Source: a virus (Duplodnaviria; Caudoviricetes). Taken from it: 64,000 bases of DNA. A program made the position numbers and the translations under genes. The notes under the pieces are model-generated. The model saw only the letters and a list, made by a program, of their open reading frames with translations, searched no databases and had not been told where the DNA came from. The DNA lies in the IMG/VR virus record IMGVR_UViG_3300031784_000006. One strand, written 5' to 3'. Shown piece by piece: positions 1 to 8,429 of the stretch (positions are counted from its first letter, which is position 1; every line of letters begins with the position of its first letter).

Positions 1-468
1 AATATCCGAAGCTGTATATGCTGGTTCGTTTGCTCTCTGGAAGATACTTGCAATGTTATTTTGTAATTGTACAGATTCCCATTTCGTTGCCTGTAATGAA
101 TATTCAAAGTCAGTATCCATCAATGCTTGAGGGTTTGATACCCTCATTTTTTCTACAGGATCTTGATAGGTAAGATTGGGAGAAATTTTCTGTTCATTAT
201 AATATTCATCAATATAAATCTGCAACTTGTGAGAAGCAGACATTGAACTAGTGTTGGTTTGAAAAGTCAGTGTGGTTACATTTGTTGTGGCATTATATGA
301 AGCAGTACCACCTAGACCAGAAGACGCAAAGTTATAAATGATCGTATTGGTTGTTGTATTTGTAACTAATAAAAATCTAGACAATTCAACATAACCAGGA
401 ATCTGAATATTTCCAACTTCAGAAGCACCTGGATTAAATGTATAATTATAAACAAGTTTCTTTGCCAT
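1..468 (-). CDS. Virion structural protein, 5' part (runs off the left edge of the window)
   Basis: Manually translated from ATG at 468: MAKKLVYNYTFNPG...DPVEKMRVSNPQALMDTDFEYSLQATKWE, open to position 1; late-promoter-like CATAAATA 23 nt upstream. Confidence 0.7.
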   Translation of the reverse strand, partial: MAKKLVYNYTFNPGASEVGNIQIPGYVELSRFLLVTNTTTNTIIYNFASSGLGGTASYNATTNVTTLTFQTNTSSMSASHKLQIYIDEYYNEQKISPNLTYQDPVEKMRVSNPQALMDTDFEYSLQATKWESVQLQNNIASIFQRANEPAYTASDI

Positions 469-490
469 TATTTGTTTATTTTATTTCCGG

Positions 491-498
491 TATTTATG
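491..498 (-). promoter_or_regulatory. T4-type late promoter (CATAAATA)
   Basis: NNTAAATA motif in the intergenic gap upstream of the ORF starting at 468. Confidence 0.55.
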
Positions 499-502
499 AG
501 AA

Positions 503-946
503 TTAACCAAGAGCAATTGAAAATGCTATTACTTGAGATTGAGAAACTCCACCAGAAGCAGTGATGGTAACATTTCCTGTAGATTGGTCAATAGAAATTC
601 CAGAACCAGCAGTTATTGATGTAACTCCAGCACCAGTTAAAGTCTGTCCACCTATTGTGACGGAAGTTGCATTAATTGTTCCAGAATTTCCATTAATCGT
701 AACACCAGAACCAACAGTAATTCTATTACCAGACCCATCTAACGTGATTGAACTACTACCAACCGTCAGTATTCCTGATATTCTTGCATCACCATTAACA
801 TGCAAAGAAGTTCCTGATGTACCTACAGAACCAACTTCTAACTTAAATCTAGGTAGTGTGGTTCCTATACCAACTCTGCTGTGAGTTATGTCTACAGTTA
901 TATGTTCATTAGAAACTAAACTTGAAGTCTGTCTTGACTTTCCCAT
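503..946 (-). CDS. Short tail-fibre-associated protein
   Basis: 147 aa, G/S/T-rich beta-strand composition, RVGIGTT fibre motif, ends AFSIALG. Confidence 0.6.
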   Translation of the reverse strand: MGKSRQTSSLVSNEHITVDITHSRVGIGTTLPRFKLEVGSVGTSGTSLHVNGDARISGILTVGSSSITLDGSGNRITVGSGVTINGNSGTINATSVTIGGQTLTGAGVTSITAGSGISIDQSTGNVTITASGGVSQSQVIAFSIALG

Positions 947-961
947 TATTGAGAGTAATTT

Positions 962-3900
962 TTAACTATTTAGATTTTTTTGAATGATGTTAAGATTCTC
1001 TTTGACAATTTCAATTTCCTTTTGTTGTTCTTTGATTGCTTCAATTAATACACCTACAATATTTCCGTAAGAAACTGACTTAAGACCATTTTCATTTTCA
1101 ACAACGACTTCTGGAATTACTTTTTCAATATCTTGTGCAATCACACCAATTGATGGTTGATTGTGATTATCCTTCCACTTATACCTTACACCTTCCATTT
1201 GTGATACCAAATCAAGTGCGTTTTCAATTAATTGAATATCAGTTTTTTGTGTTCTATCAGATAGTGAAGTAAATACGGTTGCTGATAATGTTCCTGTGGA
1301 AGGATTGAAGTTTAATTTAGTACTTGAAGCATAAGTTGCTGTTGGTGTTCCAGTAGAAACATCAGAAAATAGTGGATATCTTGTGCTATTTGTAGTAGTA
1401 TCATTAGTGATAGATGAACTACCAGAACTTCCAGTAGTGCCTTGAGCACCTGTAGTTCCTTGTGCTCCAGTTCCAGTGGTGCCTTGAGCACCTGTAGTTC
1501 CTTGTGCTCCAGTTCCAGTAGTTCCTTGTGTTCCAGTAGTTCCTTGAGCACCTGTAGTTCCTTGAGCACCTGTAGTTCCTTGAGCACCTGTAGTTCCTTG
1601 TGCTCCAGTGGTGCCTTGCGTTCCGGTGGTTCCCTGTACTCCTTGATTACCAGTTCTTGAGAATTGAACTGCTACAGATGCACCATTTGAAGGTAAAGAA
1701 CCTGATATATGCGATACTGGAATTTTATAGTATCCAGACGCTGCAATGACTGAGCCCGTAATACTCCAGATATTAATAAGAGTGCTTCCTGAAGTTGCTC
1801 CTTGTACAATTAAGTAACCTTTTTGGGATGAAGATGTTGAATCATCCCAAGTATCATACCAAGTTGTCTGAACATTTGAGTTAGTGTCATTATTATCAAT
1901 GTATATAAAACTGACAGACCCAATTGTTCCACTATCATACCTTAAAATTCCATTTCCGGGATCCGCATCAGTAGTTGTTGAACTAAATGTATATGGAGCA
2001 CCACCGGTTGCATCACTTCCTGTTGTTCCTTGAGCACCTGATCCTGCAGCACCTTGGACTCCCTGAGTACCTTGAGCACCTAATGTTCCACCATTGTATG
2101 AAATAATATCAATAACATCACCTAATACTGCACCTACTGCCAATACCACAGAAGTTCCATTTGATGCAGTGTATTCTGATTCTGAAAGTCTGACACCATT
2201 TAAAAATACGTCAATAAATCCAACCGTATAAGTTACTGAAAAATTAGTCTGTCCAGATGTTGCGGTATATGACGCAATTGACTTGTCATAATTAACACCT
2301 GAAGTTCCTTGTGTTCCGTTGGATCCTTGAGTTCCAGTAGTACCTTGAGTTCCAGTAGTACCTTGAGAACCAGTTGTTCCCTGAGTTCCTGTAGCACCTT
2401 GAGTTCCTGTAGCACCTTGAGTTCCTGTAGCACCTTGAGAACCAGTTGTTCCTTGAGAACCAGTTGTTCCTTGTGTTCCGTTGGATCCTTGAGTTCCTGT
2501 AGCACCTTGAGAACCAGTTGTTCCTTGAGTTCCTTCTGTACCCTGTGATCCAGTTGTTCCTTGAGTTCCTTCTGTACCCTGTGATCCAGTGGTTCCTTGA
2601 GTTCCTTCTGTACCCTGTGATCCAGTTGTTCCTTGAGTTCCTGTAGCACCTTGAGAACCAGTTGTTCCTTGAGTTCCTTCTGTACCCTGTGATCCAGTGG
2701 TTCCTTGAGTTCCTTCTGTACCCTGTGATCCAGTTGTTCCTTGAACACCTTGAATACCCGCATCAAATGGAGTTGTCCAAGAAACTCCAGCACCAGTTGA
2801 AATAAGAACTGATCCAGCTACTCCCACCTTTTCATAAAAATCTTTAAGACCAGAACGAAGTCTTAAGTTTCCGCCAGTTATATCTAATTTGTCTGTTGGA
2901 GATTGAGTTCCAATACCAACGTTGAAAAAATTATTTCCACTAATCCAAGCAGTATTTCCAGAACCAATTAATAATTGAGTATTTCCAGTTTCACTTGGTA
3001 ATGAAAGTGTAGATGAAGAACCACCTAGAATGACAACATTTGAACTCCCTGATGTAATTTCATTTCCAGCATAATTTCCTAGAAGTAAATTTCCATTTCC
3101 TGATGTTATTGCAGCACCCGCTTGAACTCCAATGCCTATATTAAAATCACCATTTGTAGTAGTAGTACCATAAAGTGATTGATAACCAACAGCAATATTA
3201 TAAGAACTGTCGGTTCCATCTTGATATTTTGCTTGATAACCTATTGCGATGTTATAATCACCATCATCATGTGCATACATTGCCTCCTGTCCTAAGGAAA
3301 CATTAGATATACCTGCAATAATACCAAAACCTGCACCAAAACCAATTAAGGTATTTCTTGATCCAGATGTTAGCGCCTCACCCGCTTGATATCCAATTGC
3401 AACATTATAATCACCACCGGTAGTTGAATAAAGAGACTGATATCCAATAGCAACATTACCTAATGCACTAGAATTAAGAGTTCCTCCATAAAATGCTTGA
3501 TAACCAATCGCAACATTATAATCGCAAGATGAAAGATCATAACCGGCTTGATATCCAATTAAAACATTATACTCGCAAGTACTAGTTGCAAGTTCTGCTG
3601 CTTGATATCCTGCAACAAAGTTATAATCGAATGAAGTAGGCCAGTGAGTATTAAATCTTGCCGCAGTTACGATACCTGTAAAGTTTGAATTGCCTGTTAC
3701 TGACAGTATACTAAAAGTAGAAATCCCAGAAATATTCAGTTGCGGAGAACTAATAGTACTATCAGTAACTTGCATACCTCCAGCAGCAAGTCTTACTCCA
3801 TTTGGTAACTGTGTCGAACCAATACCAATTGCATAGTTACTCAACCAAGCATCAGTATAACCAGCACCAATATCACCACCCCTGAACCACATAATTTTCT

Positions 3901-4984
3901 TATATGTGTCTGGATTAGTTTCTCCACCAATTGCAAGACTTACAAGTGGAGTCCCTTCAGTTGATGCAATCGCAATACCACCATGGCTTGCAGTTGCATC
4001 AGTTGGTGAGAATGAAGTACCAATACCAAGAACAATATCAGCATCAATTACTGTAAGTTGTTGAGTATTAAGTTGTGCTGATGTGCCACCAATAGTAATT
4101 GCACCATCAACATTTAAATTGCCGTTGATGTCAGTGTTATTTAAAACTGTCAGTGTATGAGTAACTAACTCGGTTCCATTGAATGTGAGATTAGAAGAAC
4201 CAGTTGGATTATTAGAACCATCTTTATAAACAACTTGATTTGCAGAACCTGCTACTGGTCCTGTAATACCTTGAATGCCCTGAGATCCTTCAGTACCTTG
4301 TGCTCCAGTAGTTCCTTGTGTACCATCAGTACCTTGAGTTCCTGTTGCCCCCTGAGTTCCTGTGGTTCCTTGAGTTCCTGTGGTTCCTTGAGTGCCTTGG
4401 GTTCCCTGAGTACCTTGGGTGCCATCAGTACCTTGTGTTCCGTCAGTACCTTGAATTCCCTGAGTACCTTGAGTTCCTTGGATTCCCTGAGTACCTTGTG
4501 TTCCGTCAGTACCTTGAATTCCCTGAGTACCTTGAGTTCCTTGGATTCCCTGAGTACCTTGTGTTCCGTCAGTACCTTGAATTCCCTGAGTACCTTGAAT
4601 TCCCTGAGTACCTTGTGTTCCTTCAGTACCTTGAATTCCCTGAGTACCTTGTGTTCCTTCAGTACCTTGAATTCCCTGAGTACCTTGTGTTCCGTCAGTA
4701 CCTTGAATTCCCTGAGTACCTTGAGTTCCTTGGATTCCCTGAGTACCTTGTGTTCCTTCAGTACCTTGGATTCCCTGAGTACCTTGTGTTCCTTGAGTTC
4801 CTTGTAGTCCTTGAACTCCAATTTGAACTACTGTAGTTCCTATTCCTACCCCTAAAGTATCTTGGCGAATAAACAACTTTCCATCATAATGGTTAATAGC
4901 TATTTCTCCAAGACCTAACTGTTCGACTGTGGGTGTTTTTCCCTGAACGGTAGACCTTTTAACTCTTATGATGGGATCAGCCAT
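962..4984 (-). CDS. Collagen-like tail fibre with YadA-head-like repeats and C-terminal peptidase S74 intramolecular chaperone
   Basis: 1340 aa; N-terminal IRVKRS...LGEIAINHYDGKLF fibre-anchor motif; three G-X-Y blocks; NVAIGYQA beta-roll repeats; C-terminal SLSDRTQKTDI...GVRYKW...IGVIAQDIEKVIPEVV S74 motif. Confidence 0.85.
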   Translation of the reverse strand: MADPIIRVKRSTVQGKTPTVEQLGLGEIAINHYDGKLFIRQDTLGVGIGTTVVQIGVQGLQGTQGTQGTQGIQGTEGTQGTQGIQGTQGTQGIQGTDGTQGTQGIQGTEGTQGTQGIQGTEGTQGTQGIQGTQGIQGTDGTQGTQGIQGTQGTQGIQGTDGTQGTQGIQGTQGTQGIQGTDGTQGTDGTQGTQGTQGTQGTTGTQGTTGTQGATGTQGTDGTQGTTGAQGTEGSQGIQGITGPVAGSANQVVYKDGSNNPTGSSNLTFNGTELVTHTLTVLNNTDINGNLNVDGAITIGGTSAQLNTQQLTVIDADIVLGIGTSFSPTDATASHGGIAIASTEGTPLVSLAIGGETNPDTYKKIMWFRGGDIGAGYTDAWLSNYAIGIGSTQLPNGVRLAAGGMQVTDSTISSPQLNISGISTFSILSVTGNSNFTGIVTAARFNTHWPTSFDYNFVAGYQAAELATSTCEYNVLIGYQAGYDLSSCDYNVAIGYQAFYGGTLNSSALGNVAIGYQSLYSTTGGDYNVAIGYQAGEALTSGSRNTLIGFGAGFGIIAGISNVSLGQEAMYAHDDGDYNIAIGYQAKYQDGTDSSYNIAVGYQSLYGTTTTNGDFNIGIGVQAGAAITSGNGNLLLGNYAGNEITSGSSNVVILGGSSSTLSLPSETGNTQLLIGSGNTAWISGNNFFNVGIGTQSPTDKLDITGGNLRLRSGLKDFYEKVGVAGSVLISTGAGVSWTTPFDAGIQGVQGTTGSQGTEGTQGTTGSQGTEGTQGTTGSQGATGTQGTTGSQGTEGTQGTTGSQGTEGTQGTTGSQGTEGTQGTTGSQGATGTQGSNGTQGTTGSQGTTGSQGATGTQGATGTQGATGTQGTTGSQGTTGTQGTTGTQGSNGTQGTSGVNYDKSIASYTATSGQTNFSVTYTVGFIDVFLNGVRLSESEYTASNGTSVVLAVGAVLGDVIDIISYNGGTLGAQGTQGVQGAAGSGAQGTTGSDATGGAPYTFSSTTTDADPGNGILRYDSGTIGSVSFIYIDNNDTNSNVQTTWYDTWDDSTSSSQKGYLIVQGATSGSTLINIWSITGSVIAASGYYKIPVSHISGSLPSNGASVAVQFSRTGNQGVQGTTGTQGTTGAQGTTGAQGTTGAQGTTGAQGTTGTQGTTGTGAQGTTGAQGTTGTGAQGTTGAQGTTGSSGSSSITNDTTTNSTRYPLFSDVSTGTPTATYASSTKLNFNPSTGTLSATVFTSLSDRTQKTDIQLIENALDLVSQMEGVRYKWKDNHNQPSIGVIAQDIEKVIPEVVVENENGLKSVSYGNIVGVLIEAIKEQQKEIEIVKENLNIIQKNLNS
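967..974 (-). promoter_or_regulatory. T4-type late promoter (TCTAAATA)
   Basis: Motif in the last codons of the fibre gene, upstream of ATG 946. Confidence 0.45.
1428..1650 (-). repeat. Collagen-like block 3 (GAQGTT units, 18-nt period)
   Basis: Tandem ccttgagcacctgtagtt units; boundaries approximate. Confidence 0.85.
2298..2758 (-). repeat. Collagen-like block 2 (GSQGTEGTQGTT / GATGTQ units)
   Basis: 36-nt higher-order repeats at DNA level; boundaries approximate. Confidence 0.85.
4260..4821 (-). repeat. Collagen-like block 1 (GTQ/GIQ/GTD/GTE units)
   Basis: 9-nt units with a 63-nt higher-order repeat (e.g. 4432-4494 and 4495-4557). Confidence 0.85.
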
Positions 4985-5035
4985 TTATTCGCATAGTGGT
5001 AGGGACCTTAGAGATTCTTATATAAGAATCTTAGG

Positions 5036-5043
5036 TATTTATG
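5036..5043 (-). promoter_or_regulatory. T4-type late promoter (CATAAATA) for the collagen-like fibre
   Basis: Motif ~50 nt upstream of ATG 4984, followed by a 20-bp palindrome. Confidence 0.55.
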
Positions 5044-5227
5044 AAAAATCTCCTTCTACCTTTGAACTCCTTTTTGGTTTTCTCAATTTTTCTAACTCAG
5101 CACTCAAAGAATTTACAGTTGCGGTGAGCGATTCCACTTGAGTTTCCAATACAATATTGCGGTTAAACAAGTCAAATGCCTTCTGTTGGTATTTTGCAAG
5201 AACCGCTTTCAAATCTTCTTCAGACAT
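5039..5227 (-). CDS. Small coiled-coil hypothetical protein
   Basis: 62 aa with heptad pattern; sits between two fibre genes and has its own late-promoter motif. Confidence 0.65.
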   Translation of the reverse strand: MSEEDLKAVLAKYQQKAFDLFNRNIVLETQVESLTATVNSLSAELEKLRKPKRSSKVEGDFS

Positions 5228-5229
5228 AA

Positions 5230-5258
5230 AAATACACCCAGTTTTTCTGGGTGTATTT
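5230..5258 (-). terminator. Hairpin, probable intrinsic terminator overlapping a late promoter
   Basis: Perfect 12-bp stem AAATACACCCAG/CTGGGTGTATTT with A5 loop, then TTTTT on the minus strand. Confidence 0.6.
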
Positions 5259-5261
5259 ATG
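5254..5261 (-). promoter_or_regulatory. T4-type late promoter (CATAAATA)
   Basis: Motif forms part of the 5' arm of the hairpin. Confidence 0.55.
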
Positions 5262-5276
5262 GTTTATGAATTAACT

Positions 5277-8200
5277 TCAGAAAGTCCCAGCGTCAATAGT
5301 AATATTTTGTAGATTTCTCGTAGAACCAGTACAAGAAATAACTTGAGATGTTCCAGCGCAATCAGTGACCCAAAGAGAACCAATTTCAATAGGAGCAAAT
5401 GTGGAAACTGTAATTTGAGGACTGTTGGCATCTGTTCCTCCACCATCACTAATTGCAGAACCAAACTGAAATCTTCCATCTGCGTGTTCCCAAACAACTG
5501 CAGATTGTTTTGCGCTATCAGTGTAGTAATTAAAGAGAACTCCAAGGTCCCAAGTCGTTGCAGTTGTTGGTGCAGCACCATCAACAATACCTAGTTGAAT
5601 AGTGCGGTCTTCTACAGTAAGAGAAGCAGTATTAACTTGAGTAGTGTTTCCATTTACATAAAGATTACCTTGAACTGTTAGGTCATCAGCAATCGTAACA
5701 TCATTCGCAGCAATCGTAATTGCAGTTGCGCCAGTGTTTGATGATTGAATAGTTGCAGTTCTTAATGTTGGAGCACTTAAGGAAGTTCCAACAACAACTG
5801 CATTTGGAAGACCTACAGTAATAGTTTGAGCCGATACTGAGGTTTCAACTTCATTCGCAGTTCCATTAATAACTAAGGTTTGTGAAGTATTAAGAGTACT
5901 TGGACCACCACTATCAGCATTCAGTCCAAGAGTTAGATTAATTGCCCCAATCTCAGCATCAACATAATTAATAATTGCTGAAGAAGTGGGAACTGAAGAA
6001 GTTGAAGTTCCCGATCCGACTGCAGATGAGAACTGAGTAATGCCAACTCCAGTCCCTACCGTAGTAATACCACTAATAATTAAGTTTCTTGCAAAAGTTG
6101 CATCCAAATCAACAAAAGATAGTGTATTACTTGCGTTTGTTGAACTTCTAAAACTATTTGCAATGATTTTACCTTGGAACGATACATCGCCAGATGTATC
6201 GTACATATACATCGCACGAGTTCCATTTGCAGAATCAAGATAACCGCTACCTGCAATTAGGTCTCCAGCAGATTTTACATTTCCAGTTACTGTTGAAATA
6301 GAAACTGCAACAGTACCATCACTTGCCTGAATGTCATTACCACCAATCTTAACATCTCCAGCAAAAGTAGTTAATGTATTTGATGTTAATGTGATATTAG
6401 TATTGCCATCACTCGCTTTAATGTCATTGCCATTGATACGAATATCTCCATCAACAACGACATCGGTAGAGAAAGTTGAAATACCTGTTACGTTAATTCC
6501 ACCAGAACCAACAATTAATCCACCAGCACCAAAAGTAAGATTTGAACTATCTTCAAGAGCTCCAGAAGTTCCTGCGAGAACAACTCTACCTGCAGTTAAG
6601 TCAGAAACTGTTGCAGATGATAGTGTTGTTTCTCCACCAGAAATATCAGCACCACCATTAGCATCAATTGCGCCAGTAAATGTTGATATTCCACTTACTA
6701 AAGTATTGCCAGTAAACTCAGCGTGTTGTGTAGTAAGTTTATTAGTACCTGGGTTGTAGTAAATACCGTCATCAGTATAAATTGATTCATTTGTTGCAGA
6801 ACCATTGTTTGCATCAACAAATGTGATATGATAATTTGCATTGGTATCTGCTGCAGTGACAGTCTTAACCTGGTCTGCTGATGATACATTACCTACTAAA
6901 GAACCATAGAAAGTTGTTGCACTTACCTCAGTATCACTAACAGTAACACCTGAACCAACAGCAAGACGAACTCCGCTTGCCATTTGAGTGGTTCCGATTG
7001 CAACTCCATAGTTAAACCCAAATGCATCTGTAGAAAATCCAAGAGTTCCACTCTTGAACCACATCATCTGCTTATAAGTATCTGGAAGTGTATTGATTCC
7101 AGAAGCAGTAAATGATACTAATGGTGTTCCCTCAGTAGATGCAATAGCTACACCAGCGTGATTTGCTGAGGTATCTGTTGGTGTAACTGAAGTTGTGTAT
7201 CCAAGTATAATATCTTTGTTTTCAATATAAACATCTTGTCCGAGTAATGTGACTGTGGTTCCACCAATAGTTACATTACCATTTACCGTTAAATCATTCT
7301 GAATAATAGTATTATCTTGAATGATTACGCTGCCTGCTGGATCAAGAACAAGATTTCCCGATGAAGTTGTAATCTTATTTGCATCATCAGCACCGATTCT
7401 TATATTACTTGCGTCTATTCCACCATCAAATGTACCTATACCAGCAAAACTTGTATGTCTCCACTGCCTTGCACCATCACCTAAATCATAAGTATTTGAC
7501 GCATTTGGATATAATCCTGAAGTAAACTCACCACCAACATTAATATTATCTCCAGTATCATCACCAAGATTAATTAACCCACCTTTAAATGTTACGACAC
7601 CAACAAATTCACTATAACCTTGTACTCCAAAGTTTCCTCCAACATAAAGGTCACTTAAGAATGTACCAACTCCAACAAATGTAGAGATTCCTGATACATT
7701 CAATGCATCATCAATTGAGGTAAATCCTGTGGCAGAATCTAATATCAGATTTCCAACAGAAGTATCAATTTCATTATTTGTAGATACACCAATTCTTATA
7801 TTTTTAATCTCTGCACCACCATTGGCATCAAGTAGTCCAGTAAGAGTAGAAATTCCAGATACAAATAAATCAGTAAATGCTGCCTGAGATCCAGGAACTG
7901 CAACACCTAAAATACCAGCGTAAACTGCACCACTAACATAAACACTTTTACCGGAAATCCCACTTGGTAAATTTGCTCCAATAAAGTTTAAGGTTCCTGA
8001 TTGATAATCAAAGAACCACTCATCATCATTTCCAGAACCTGCTCCATATATTTGAGTGCCACTGGAGGCAGCAGATGCAGCATTACCTGGAGTATGTAAA
8101 TAAACTTTTACAAGATAGGTAGAACCAATTTCTGGAGGAATCCAATCGGTAATATTTGTTTTCCAAGTTCTGTTAAGAGAAGAAGTTGTATCGGCAGCAC

Positions 8201-8429
8201 ATTCTACGGGACTTGAAGTTGGATATACTGTTACAATACCAGAGGTGCTCCCTGGCATAACTCCAGGTACTAAATTTGCTTGAGACCAAACTTTATCACC
8301 ACGGAGAAGTAGTGGACTTGATATAGATTCATTGGTCGCTGCTTTTAGAGTGCCAGTATCTGTTTTAGCCCTACCATAACCAATTTTTTTCCAGAGATAA
8401 TCAACCTTTTGAGTGTCTGTGATTGCCAT
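5277..8429 (-). CDS. Tail-fibre-like protein (module A, gene 2; paralogue of 24852..27674 at the N-terminus)
   Basis: 1050 aa; N-terminal ~185 aa (QKVDYLWKKIGYGRAKTDT...EWFFDYQSGTLNFIG) shared with 24852..27674; VSGISTF fibre-shaft motifs. Confidence 0.8.
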   Translation of the reverse strand: MAITDTQKVDYLWKKIGYGRAKTDTGTLKAATNESISSPLLLRGDKVWSQANLVPGVMPGSTSGIVTVYPTSSPVECAADTTSSLNRTWKTNITDWIPPEIGSTYLVKVYLHTPGNAASAASSGTQIYGAGSGNDDEWFFDYQSGTLNFIGANLPSGISGKSVYVSGAVYAGILGVAVPGSQAAFTDLFVSGISTLTGLLDANGGAEIKNIRIGVSTNNEIDTSVGNLILDSATGFTSIDDALNVSGISTFVGVGTFLSDLYVGGNFGVQGYSEFVGVVTFKGGLINLGDDTGDNINVGGEFTSGLYPNASNTYDLGDGARQWRHTSFAGIGTFDGGIDASNIRIGADDANKITTSSGNLVLDPAGSVIIQDNTIIQNDLTVNGNVTIGGTTVTLLGQDVYIENKDIILGYTTSVTPTDTSANHAGVAIASTEGTPLVSFTASGINTLPDTYKQMMWFKSGTLGFSTDAFGFNYGVAIGTTQMASGVRLAVGSGVTVSDTEVSATTFYGSLVGNVSSADQVKTVTAADTNANYHITFVDANNGSATNESIYTDDGIYYNPGTNKLTTQHAEFTGNTLVSGISTFTGAIDANGGADISGGETTLSSATVSDLTAGRVVLAGTSGALEDSSNLTFGAGGLIVGSGGINVTGISTFSTDVVVDGDIRINGNDIKASDGNTNITLTSNTLTTFAGDVKIGGNDIQASDGTVAVSISTVTGNVKSAGDLIAGSGYLDSANGTRAMYMYDTSGDVSFQGKIIANSFRSSTNASNTLSFVDLDATFARNLIISGITTVGTGVGITQFSSAVGSGTSTSSVPTSSAIINYVDAEIGAINLTLGLNADSGGPSTLNTSQTLVINGTANEVETSVSAQTITVGLPNAVVVGTSLSAPTLRTATIQSSNTGATAITIAANDVTIADDLTVQGNLYVNGNTTQVNTASLTVEDRTIQLGIVDGAAPTTATTWDLGVLFNYYTDSAKQSAVVWEHADGRFQFGSAISDGGGTDANSPQITVSTFAPIEIGSLWVTDCAGTSQVISCTGSTRNLQNITIDAGTF

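Noticed and set aside
1312-4836. Alternative-frame and antisense ORFs over the collagen blocks (e.g. 1312..1587, 1442..1660, 2233..2793, 2309..2548, 4235..4807, 4252..4821, 4318..4836)
   Set aside because: Low-complexity by-products of 9-nt repeats that lack stops in other frames; no independent start signals
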